From the NCBI GenBank assembly GCA_964016885.1, contig OZ024740.1, positions 238,080,001 to 238,144,000 on the forward strand: a stretch of 64,000 nt of DNA, in the 5' to 3' direction. Of the stretch, positions 53,988 through 64,000 are shown piece by piece. The position numbers and the translations under genes are program-made. Under the pieces are notes generated by a model. The model was not told the origin of the DNA and ran no database searches. It saw nothing but the letters and a program-made list of their open reading frames with translations. Source of the DNA: Eledone cirrhosa (lineage: Eukaryota). Within the stretch, counting starts at the first letter, position 1. Each line of letters begins with the position of its first letter.

Positions 53988-54129
53988 ATATATAAACAAC
54001 TATCTGGTTGTGGAACCAACCAACCAGCCAGAAATTTATAAATTTATAAATTTATAAATATATAATAAATTGAAGTGAAAGCAACTGGTGCGTGTGTTTC
54101 TTATTGGCAACATGACCCTCCCAAAGTAT

Positions 54130-54167
<38 letters not shown>

Positions 54168-54266
54168 CTGCAGTTATATCTACATTAAATTTATCTTCAG
54201 CTCTCTTTTATATGGCGTATTCCGCATAAATATTTACCATTTTAATATATAATTTATTATTATTAT

Positions 54267-54465
54267 GTGGGCAGTGGATTGACTATAACGGTAGAATGTC
54301 GGTCAGCATCTTTGCGGCATATAGTTCAAATCCCATCGAGTTTAACTTTGCCTTTCATTCTTACGGGGTCGATAAAATAAAGTACCAGTAACACACTAGG
54401 GTCGATTAAAACGACTTCTCCTCTCCCCATATTGCTGACCATGTGCCTAAATCAGAAACCATTAT
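54267..54465 (+). mobile_element. SINE family A
   Basis: same core as other copies. Confidence 0.8.
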
Positions 54466-54657
54466 GTAATTCTGTTGCAAAACAAATGTACCTCATGTAA
54501 ATTTGACTAACTACCCCACTCGGAATAAATAATGACCATTATAATAGTATAGAAGTTGTTATCTTCTGAGGTAGAGACAAATATCTCTGAAATGCACCAA
54601 GGAAATCTGTTTACACACTTTAAATATGCGTGTATGTATGCTTGCGCGCTCGTGTGC

Positions 54658-54688
<31 letters not shown>

Positions 54689-54789
54689 TGTATGTATGTA
54701 TGTATGTATGCATGTATGTATGTATGTATGTATTTATGTATTACGTACGTACGTTTCTATTTCTCTTAATTTCGAGTACATTTTTGACC

Positions 54790-56345
54790 GGCCACCTTCC
54801 TGGTGGCAAGGTTGTAAAAGAAAAGAAATTGTCATCCATTGAATCGCAAGAATGTTTTGCAAATTTTGAAGGTGCCAGCTATGAATTAGGGAGCTGTGCT
54901 CTTTGTTCACAAATTCAAGTTCAGTTAGACTTTGGTCCAAGCGGCCTGGTATATAACCTGTAGCTTCAATAATGATCGGTATGAAGCTGAAGGTGCATCT
55001 TGGATACTGAATCTGAAAACCCCTCATCAATGGTCCGTAGATGTCCTCCTTCTCTTGTATTTTTTTCCAACGTTGACATCAAGTGGGCAGCTGATCTCTA
55101 CAACAGAGCATGTTTTCAATGTGTGGTCCCAAACAACAATATCAGGCCGGTTGTGCTTTAATTTTGTGGCAGTTTTTATTTTCAGGTTCCACCAGTATTC
55201 TTTAGTGCCATCTGTCTCAACATATTCCTCCTCATTTATTTTTAATTTTGTTTTCCTAAAGTGCGTTCCAGATGGTCCTCGCTATCACATGGTGTCTCAT
55301 AGGGAGGTAGTAGCGAGACAACATTCTTTCGCAGTTGGCAACATTGTGACTTACAACTCCGATCTCTGTTTTACATAGCCTACATTCATTGTCGACTGAT
55401 AGCCCTCCTCTTTTGTGTAGCAGATATTTGGTAGGAATTTCTTGTTCCTGTATTGCAGGTGGGATGTCATAAGCTTGTCTGAACTCCATGCCAGGCTTTT
55501 TGAATGATTTATCCCCTCTATGGTCTGTGTTTTTTATCTCAGGTATCCACGCACAACATTCTCTGTAAATTGGTCTATTTTTTTTTATCTTGTTCGAACA
55601 TTGAATAGGATCTTCCAATTTCCCTGGGAGAGAGATTTATATCAGGCCTTATTCCATATCTCTCCTCTAGATCAGTGGTTATCCTAATGATATTATTTCA
55701 TTCATAGAGGGCGGTGGATTGCAGTATCGGTGGTGGGTCGGACGCCATGCTTTGCAGAAAAGAGTTACGGCCCTTTATGGTCTGAGTTCAAATCCCACCG
55801 AGGTTAACTTTGCCTTTTTTCCTTACGGGGTCGATAAAATAAAGTACCAGTAATACACTGGGATAATTGCTGGCCTCGTGTCAAAATTAGAAACATTTAT
55901 TTCCTTCATGCTCATAAACCTGGGCAAGTTGGTTGTTGACCTTTTTCTTCTGTTGAAGATGTTGCTTCAGGGTCTCGTATGATGTTAATATGGATTTTAG
56001 ATTCCGGCCACATTCCTTGCGTGAGAAGTATAGCCTATCCACATCACCATTGATGTTGAAGTTTCCAGTAACACTGAGAAGCTTGCGAGTTCTTACATCC
56101 ATCTCACTTAGTTCTTGCAATGAGCAGTTCAGCAGGCCAAATGTTGGCGTTAGGATTGGCACAGCATAAGTATTGTGGGCAATGTATTTGTTGTACGCTG
56201 ATAGTTCTGATGACCATATTTTCTTTACTCTCCTGTGGTATTCAGTTCTGGTTCTCTTCTTATTTATGGGTTCCTCATATCTGACATTCTCATCCTGTCC
56301 AAGATATCTGTAGTTGTCACCTGACTGTAGAGATTGTATTGTCAA
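54790..56345 (-). pseudogene. R4/Dong-like non-LTR fragments (RT C-terminus, CCHC knuckle, RLE domain), interrupted by a SINE at 55707-55895
   Basis: YRYLGQDE, NTYAVPILTPTFG, CRLCKTE...SHNVANC, KHNRPDIVVWD...VVEISCP. Confidence 0.75.
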
Positions 56346-56419
56346 GCCGTTCATCTCTAGATGTATGTTTGTATGTATGTTTGCATTTATGTATGTTTGC
56401 ATTTATGTATGTATGTTTG

Positions 56420-56977
56420 CATTTATGTATGTATGTTCTTCTGGTTTTATCATTTCACAATTTTTTTCCCAATAGAGAGAGAAAGTTGGTTTCTAACATA
56501 GATACAAGACTCTTTCATTGGAATTTACACAACATCAACTAGGTAGATTATGTATGTATGCATGTGTAGAAATGGATGTTATTGTATGTGTGGATGTGTG
56601 TCTTGAGTTGTATGTGTGCATGTGTATATGCTTTGTATCTGTACATGTGTATATGCAGTTATTAGATGCAACATTTTTGGAATGTTTTACATATTTTTAC
56701 TGTTCCATGGATTGTACTTGTAATTTCCTAACTAGTTGTGTTCTTTCTGTTCCTGTGAAGCCTAGCTTCTCAAGATTTGTATTGAGGCAGTTACTAACAT
56801 ACCCCAGTGCCCCAATAATCACAGGCATAAATCTGAAGGTGTAATCAGGGTGAAGTATCGGCAGATTTCTCATCAGTTCTGCATAAATATTTTCCTTTTC
56901 GCTAATCTTTGATATTATATTGGCATCTGCTGGGTAGTTAATTTCCACTACTGTGCATGCTTTCTTCTCCCTGTCCC

Positions 56978-56980
<3 letters not shown>
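56420..56980 (-). mobile_element. R4/Dong-like RLE C-terminal fragment plus flank
   Basis: WDREKKACTVVEINYPAD...KENIYAEL...PVIIGALG. Confidence 0.7.
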
Positions 56981-57008
<28 letters not shown>

Positions 57009-57026
57009 TGTATGTATGTATGTATG

Positions 57027-57552
57027 TCGGGTCACTCTTGAGTGCTACTGGTAACATGTAACCCAGTACAACCTGTCGCATGGTCGGGTCGAAGGCGACT
57101 AAACCGGCAACCCCACCAAGTTTACTTGGTGATAGAATATGTAGCTAGGGAGAGATGACCCCTTAGCCTTTGTCAAGGCAGAATTCTAGAAGGAAAACTC
57201 TGATATAACACCTGCAACCCTGATGGTATCCAATGATGTTGACTTGTTCTTCTTTTTGGTAAATATCATCTTGGTTAAGAGAGTGGGACTGGCTTTGTGC
57301 AGTGCCTTTGCTCACTATAAAAGCTTCACGGCACAGGGATTGCTTTATATCTGGAGATCTCTCTGCACTTGTCGTCACATGGTACCATGGGCCCAGCACT
57401 ATGTGTCAATAATTGTCACAAGTGTAGTATTTGTACCAGAGTTTTCAAGTCGCTGGCTGGACTAAAACGTCACAGCGTTCAGCGCATCGGTAGGGGTTCT
57501 CCTACATGGATATAAAGTAGTGGCCGTACTCGAAAACGAGTTGGCAGCCACC
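57027..57552 (+). mobile_element. probable RTE 5'UTR fragment
   Basis: similar to 59760-60000 (CTAGAAGGAAAACTCTG; GATGATGTTGA.....TTCTTTT), which lies upstream of the RTE ORF. Confidence 0.55.
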
Positions 57553-57999
57553 ATGTATAAATGTATGTATGTATGTATCATCATCATCGTTTAACATCTA
57601 TCTTCCATGCTAGCATGTATGTATATATGTGTGTATGTATGTATATTTGTATGTATGTATTTAGGTATGCATGTATGTATAAATGTATGTATGCATGTAT
57701 GTATGTATGAATGTATGTATGTATGTATAAATGTATGTATGTATGTATCATCATCATCGTTTAACGTCTATCTTCCACGCTAGCATGTATGTATGTATGT
57801 GTGTATGTATGTATATTTGTATGTATGTATTTAGGTATGCATGTATGTATAAATGTATGTATGTATGTATGTATGTATGTATGTATGTGTGTATCTATGT
57901 ATGTATGTAGCTTAAAGAAAATCAAACCCTCTCTGTTCAGAGACTTACAGATGAAGAACAATCATGAGTTAGCAATACAAATATGTATGTATGTAAGTT

Positions 58000-59237
58000 T
58001 ATATGTTCTTCTGGTTTTATAATTTCACAATTGTTACCAATAGAGAGAGAGTCAGTTTCTAACACAGATACAAGACTCTCTCATTGGAATTTACACAACA
58101 TCAACTAGGTAGATATGTATGCATGTCTGCAATCATGCATGTGTAGATATGGATGTTATTGTATGTGTGGAAGTGTATGTTTTGAGTTGTATGTGTGCAT
58201 GTGTATATGCAGTTATTAGATACAACATTTTTGGAATGTTTTACATATTTTTACTGTTCCATTTTTACTTGTTATTTTCTAACTAGTTGTGTTCTTTCTG
58301 TTCATGTGAAGCCTAGCTTCTCAAGATTTGTATTGAGGCAGTTACTAACATATCCCAGTGCCCCAATAATCACAGGCATAAATCTGAAGGTATAGTCAGG
58401 GTGGAGTATCTGTAGATTTATCATTAGTTCTGCATAGATATTCTCCTTTTCGCTAATCTTTGATATTATATTGGCATCCCACCGAGGTTAACTTTGCCTT
58501 TCATCATTACGGGGTCGATAAAATAAAGTACCAGTAATGCACTGGGTTATTGCTGGCCTTGTGCCAAAAAGTAGAAACAATTATATTGGCATCTGCTGGG
58601 CAGCTAACTTCCACTACTGTGCATGCTTTCTTTTCCCTGTCCCATATCATAATATCTGGTCTGTTATGCCTGCATTTTATTAGGGTTTTTACTGGAACAT
58701 TCCACCTTTCATATTATGTATATAGATGTCTTCCACATTGTTGTAGCTTTTAATGTGTTTATTATCGGGGCTATCTTTTCTACGGATTGCATTGTACAGT
58801 TAACAGCTTTCAATTCTTGTTTGAGGGTGATCAGCTTATATTGAAGAGTTCTGGTTCTACTGTTACTAAACATCGTCTCTATTTTATTTTTCACTCTTTG
58901 TTGGTGAGGAGTGAGGTTTTTTTGTGTTTGTTTGCATGTAAGGAGCATTGTCACATGTCCTAAGGTTTTTTGTAAGTCAGCAATCTTTTTTTTCTATTTT
59001 AGTTATATATGATGGTATTTTTGGTGGTGTTTTGTTCTTGTTAATATCTCTGCTAACACCAAGATAATGCTTCGCTGTCGTTGCTAAGGCATATAAACAG
59101 GCATTGATTTGCCAAAATGTTGGGGGTTTTTATCCGTCGTAAATATTCATCCCCTATTTCGTCAATAACACGTAATATTTCATTATTTGGTTTTTTATTA
59201 AATATCGTTGTTTATATGTATGTATTATATTGTTGTT

Positions 59238-59269
<32 letters not shown>

Positions 59270-59330
59270 TGTATGTATGTATGTATGTATAATAATTTTT
59301 CTTCTTTTGGCACGGATCCAGCGACTGGCC
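58000..59330 (-). mobile_element. R4/Dong-like fragments (diverged paralog of 56420-56980), SINE piece at 58478-58585
   Basis: sequence similarity; RPDIMIWDREKKAC motif. Confidence 0.65.
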
Positions 59331-59445
59331 CAGCGCATCACTGGTACTCTCTTTTGTTGACTCCGTGGGGATGAAAGGCAAGGTTGACCTCGGCAGGATT
59401 TAAGCTCAGAGCGTGGAGAGCCATAACTATATGCTGTAAAGCAAT
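59330..59445 (-). mobile_element. partial SINE family A
   Basis: GATGAAAGGCAAGGTTGACCTCGGC is the reverse complement of the core. Confidence 0.7.
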
Positions 59446-59546
59446 TATAATAATACTGGACTGTAATACGATCGGCTTCAACTATACAAACTCTTGAAAG
59501 TCAACAGTTGACATAATCTTGTAATCTTGTATCAGTAATGACGGTA

Positions 59547-59584
<38 letters not shown>

Positions 59585-59739
59585 AAGTGAGTAGCGTGTG
59601 TGTGTTTGTTTGTATGTATGAGTGTTGCTGTGTGCGCGCGTATGTATGCGTGTGTGTGTGCGCGCATATGTATGCACGTGTGTGTATGTCGTACGTATAA
59701 GTGTCAATATGAGTTTTTTTTCGGGGGGGGGGGGACATA

Positions 59740-60031
59740 GAAATAATCGGGCTGGATGCCCGATCGCGCAGTTAAACCACTGGGAGTGAAGAACCCCTAG
59801 CCCTTGTCAGGGCATTCTTCTAGGAGAAGGCATCTCAGGAAACTGGGTTAACTCCGACATAAAACCTGCGGCTCAGTAGTTACCGATGATGTTGATCTTT
59901 TCTTCTTTTCGGGTTATAGCTACTGTCGCTCAGAGAGTGGGATTGGCTCAGTGCACAGTCTTTCCTCACTTTAAAAATATTCGTCACGCACAGGCATTGC
60001 ACGAGTGCATTAATAATTATTAATAGTGTAA

Positions 60032-60079
<48 letters not shown>

Positions 60080-63000
60080 TATTATTACTTTTTTTTTTTT
60101 TTTCCAATTCAATGATGTTCCAGAACAATATAAAAGAGATAATTGGCAATTTAGGTTCTGGAACAAAAAATATAATTGGCAATAAGGGCAGGGGCCCCAG
60201 TTTATCACAGCCTGGGCCCGCTCGTCATCGTGCCATTGTAATAGAGCCAAACAAGGCATTTAGTCTTGGCTGCTGGAACGTACGGACGCTGCTTGACAGG
60301 AATTCCTTGGAGCGTCCTGAACGAAGGACCGCTCTTGTTGCAAAGGAGCTTCGATGTTACGATCTTGACATCGTGGCTTTATCTGAGACGAGGTTAGCTG
60401 GAGATGGTCATCTTACAGAATTTTGTGGAGAATATACATTCTTCTGGAAAGGAAGAGATGAAGGAACCAGAAGAGAGGCTGGGGTAGGATTTGCTGTTAA
60501 GACTGTACTTGTGAATAAATTAGAAGAATTCCCAGTAGGGATTAGTGAGCGTCTTATGTCCATGAGAGTTCCGCTGGACAAAGGAAGACATGCTACCCTG
60601 GTGAGTGTGTATGCTCCAATTATGAATTCTGTCGATGAAGAAAAAGTGTCCTTTTACCATGCCTTGAAAGGTGTTTTAAGAAATATCCCTCAGGCAGACA
60701 AAGTCATCGTGCTTGGTGACTTTAATGCTAGAGTGGGTATGGATTTTAACACATGGAATGTAATCGGAAGGCATGGGGTAGGAAAGTATAACAACAATGG
60801 TATGCTCCTGCTGCAGATGTGTGAGGAGCTGGATCTGTGTGTTACCAACACCATGTTCCAACAAAAGAACAAATTCAAGACCACATGTATGCATCCTGCA
60901 TCTAAGGAATGGCATCTTTTGGACTACGTCCTAGTCAGGATGCATGACAGACAGGATGTGCAGTGTGTTTGTGCTCTTCGTGGAGCTGAGTGCTGGACGG
61001 ACCACCGCCTGGCACGCGCAAAAGTGAAACTAATCACTAAACGTAAAATCCGGGCTCCTGGTGTTGCCCTGCCCAAAAGATTGAATGCTGCTCGTCTTAA
61101 GAATAAAAATGTGAAGAGGACATTGGAAGAAGAGATGCAGGCTGCAGATCTTGGTGAGGATTGGCCGACCCTTAAAAGGTCGGTTTATGATGTAGGCAGG
61201 CGTGTTCTGGGATTGGTGCAGAGAAAACATTAGGACTGGTTTAATGAGAATGATGTACATATAGAAGACTTGTTGGCTGATAAGAGGCGTGCTTTGTCAC
61301 GCTACTTGACGGCAAAACCACAGGAGAGGAATACGTTGCATGAGGAACTCAGGGATGTAAAATCACGTGTTAGGCGGAGTCTTTCTCAGATGAAGGATCA
61401 GTGGTGGAGTGAGAAGGCTGGTGAGATACAAACTGCGTCAGATTCCAATAACACAAAGCTGTTGTACAGTCTCTTGCGTGAGGTTTATGGACCGTCTTCT
61501 TCTCTGGTGACACCGCTTCGCAGCAAGGATGGAAAAAAACTTCTTCGTGACTCACAAGGAATTCTACGAAGGTGGCGAGAGCACTTTGATGATCTTTTGA
61601 ATCAGCCGTCTGTCGTCAGTGAAGATTTTCTCAATCTCATTCCAGAAAGTCCTGTGAAAGTAGCTCTCGCAGAACCTCCGACGCTTGTGGAGGTTGCAGT
61701 GGCTATTTCAAAGCTGAACAGTGGAAGATCTCCAGGTATGGATAGCATACATGCTGAGCTCCTACAATATGGTGGTGATAGACTCCTGCAACATCTTCAC
61801 TCTTTGTTTGGCAGGATATGGGCTAATGAATCCGTACCTGAGGACTGGAGAGATGCGGTAATGGTGGTCTTGTACAAGGGAAAGGGTAACAGGATTGATT
61901 ATGGGAATTACAGAGGTATATCATTGCTTTCTGTCGTAGGGAAAGTTTTATGTAGGGTGCTTCTGGACCGTCTGCTGACACACATTGCAGATTGTGTTCT
62001 TCCTGAAAGTCAATCTGGTTTTCGTGCTGGACGCGGCACTACTGATATGATCTTCTCAGCTAGACAGCTCCAGGAGAAGTGCATGGAACAAGGCTTGGAT
62101 CTGTATCAGATTTTTGTCGATCTGACAAAAGCTTTCGATACTGTTAACAGAGATGCATTATGGAAGGTTCTCCAGAAACTTGGTTGGCCTGATAAGTTCC
62201 TTGCTTTAGTTAGGTCTTTCCATGACGACATGAAGACTTGGGTTAATGTCGGAGGTAACATGTCGGAGCCTATCTCAGTAAAAAATGGAGTGAAACAGGG
62301 GGATATTCCAGCACCGACCCTGTTTGCTATATACTTTGCAATGGTTTTCTGTATTGCATTCAGGAATTGCGAGCATCGTGTTTACATCCGATATCGAACC
62401 TCAGGCAGCATATCTAACATCAGGCGCTTTGCTGCGAAGACAAAAGTATTTACATCAATCATAAGAGACCTCTTGTATGCAGATGATTGCGATCTTGTAG
62501 CGCACACAGAGAGTGATATGCAGCACATTTTGAATGCATTTTCTGACGCTTACACTGCCCTAGGATTGACTGTCAGTCTCAAGAAAACCGTCGTCATGTA
62601 CCAACCTGCCCCTGGTAAGCAGTACACTGAACCAAACATCTATGTGTATGGCAAACGACTTGGAGTGGTTGATCAGTTTGTCTACCTGGGAAGCACTGTC
62701 AATCGATACAGCAACCTTGACAATGAAATCTCACTTAGGATTAGGAAAGCAAGTGATGATGCTTTCGGAAAGCTAGAAAGGCGACTCTGGGGTCGGTGAG
62801 ACATATGCAGGAGGACAAAGGTAAAGGTGTACAGGGCATGTGTGCTCTCTTGTCTTTTTTATGCCTGCGAGACCTGGGTCACATATCGACACCACCTTAA
62901 GCAATTGGAGCGTTTCCATCAGATGTGTCTCAGACGGATCCATGGCGTTCACTGGAGGGACCACATCAGTGATGTCGAGATTTTGGAAAGCTCTATGTGT

Positions 63001-63655
63001 GACAGTATAGAAGCTCTTGTGCTTAAGCAACGACTCCGTTGGAGTGGTCACCTTGCCAGGATGAAGGATTCTAGAATACCAAAACAACTCTTTTATGGAG
63101 AGTTGGTTAAAGGAAAACGACCGCCACATAAACCAAAAAAGAGGTATAAGGATTCCTTGAAAGACGCTAACATCTCTGCTGATACATGGGAAAATATTGC
63201 TGCTGATCGTAATAAATGGAGAAAGACTATATATGAGGGAAAAATTGCCTTTGAGGCATCTCGAATCGCATACGAGAAAGTAAAGCGGGATGTGAGGAAG
63301 GGCATTGCTGTTGCACTTCCAGACGGCGAGGGTCCTCCTATGGTGCTGACATGCAGCGTCTGTGCGAGACTCTGCCTAAGCAAAGCTGGACTCGAAAGTC
63401 ATCTTCGCAGTCATAAAGTAAGACCAGTGGTTGACTACCAGGCTGCTGTTGGAGATGCTACTCATCATGCTTGCCAAACATGTGGTAGAGAATGTAAATC
63501 AGCAGGAGGGCTCAAGCGACATGCAAAAGTACACGAACTCCAACCACAGCCGACTATTCCCAGTGAATGTTTTGGTTGCCGACTCTGTGCAAGACATTTT
63601 AGATCATTGGCTGGGCTAAAAAACCACATTCGATCGCAGTGCTGTTAGTTGCTAT
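59740..63655 (+). mobile_element. near full-length RTE/BovB-like LINE (5'UTR, APE-RT ORF, C2H2 fingers), followed by (GT)n
   Basis: 5'UTR motif CTAGGAGAAGG; ORFs 60112-63648. Confidence 0.9.
60112..63648 (+). pseudogene. RTE APE endonuclease-reverse transcriptase with C-terminal C2H2 fingers; one in-frame stop (61231) and one frameshift (~62795)
   Basis: WNVRTLLD, ALSETR, LGDFNARVG, TDHRL, NYRGISLL, QSGFR, DLTKAFD, GVKQG, YADD, YLGS, RLRWSGH. Confidence 0.9.
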
Positions 63656-63656
63656 C

Positions 63657-63742
<86 letters not shown>

Positions 63743-63874
63743 GCTAATGCGTGTGCGTGTATGTGTATATATATATGTATATGTATATTATTATTGTTGT
63801 TGTCGTTATTATTATTGTTGTTGTTATTATTATTATTATTGTTATTAATGTGTGTGTGTATGTATGTGTGTATG

Positions 63875-63906
<32 letters not shown>

Positions 63907-64000
63907 ATATATATATTTCTTTTTTTTTTTTCTCTCCTCGTGCAATGGCCATACTCGATAACGAGGGGGCAGCCATCATGTATGTATGTGTGTATGCATG

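Larger units (their letters stand above)
53609..54137. mobile_element. fold-back pair of Penelope pseudo-LTRs, each with a hammerhead
   Basis: left arm equals 2918-3170; right arm is its reverse complement; 34-bp duplication at 53858-53891. Confidence 0.85.

Overview
AT-rich, repeat-saturated eukaryotic DNA with no recognisable host gene. The SINE, RTE and microsatellite content is most consistent with an invertebrate, probably molluscan or cephalopod, genome (inference). It contains decayed non-LTR retrotransposons (many RTE copies, Tx1/L1, R4/Dong-like, Penelope-like), two tRNA-derived SINE families, Helitron-like ends, several micro/minisatellites and a 200-N gap. The main result is a set of minimal type I hammerhead ribozymes (HHR) in at least four unrelated sequence families. 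(1) A nearly invariant 310-bp tandem array (22027-28392) carries 20 HHR copies (7 minus, 13 plus) arranged as a head-to-head fold-back. (2) An unrelated ~443-bp tandem dimer (19472-20372) carries an HHR with the same 43-nt architecture but different, still-paired helix sequences (U.U at the base of stem II, palindromic stem III, GUA site). (3) HHR-bearing inverted repeats (18630-20841) flank that dimer. (4) Penelope pseudo-LTR HHRs (3073; 53759/53943) lie next to GIY-YIG and RT remnants. Half and degenerate HHRs also occur. Together these look like a retrozyme / Penelope-like ribozyme system that inserts into (TA)n tracts as tail-out inverted structures. All ribozyme calls come from manual folding and are untested.
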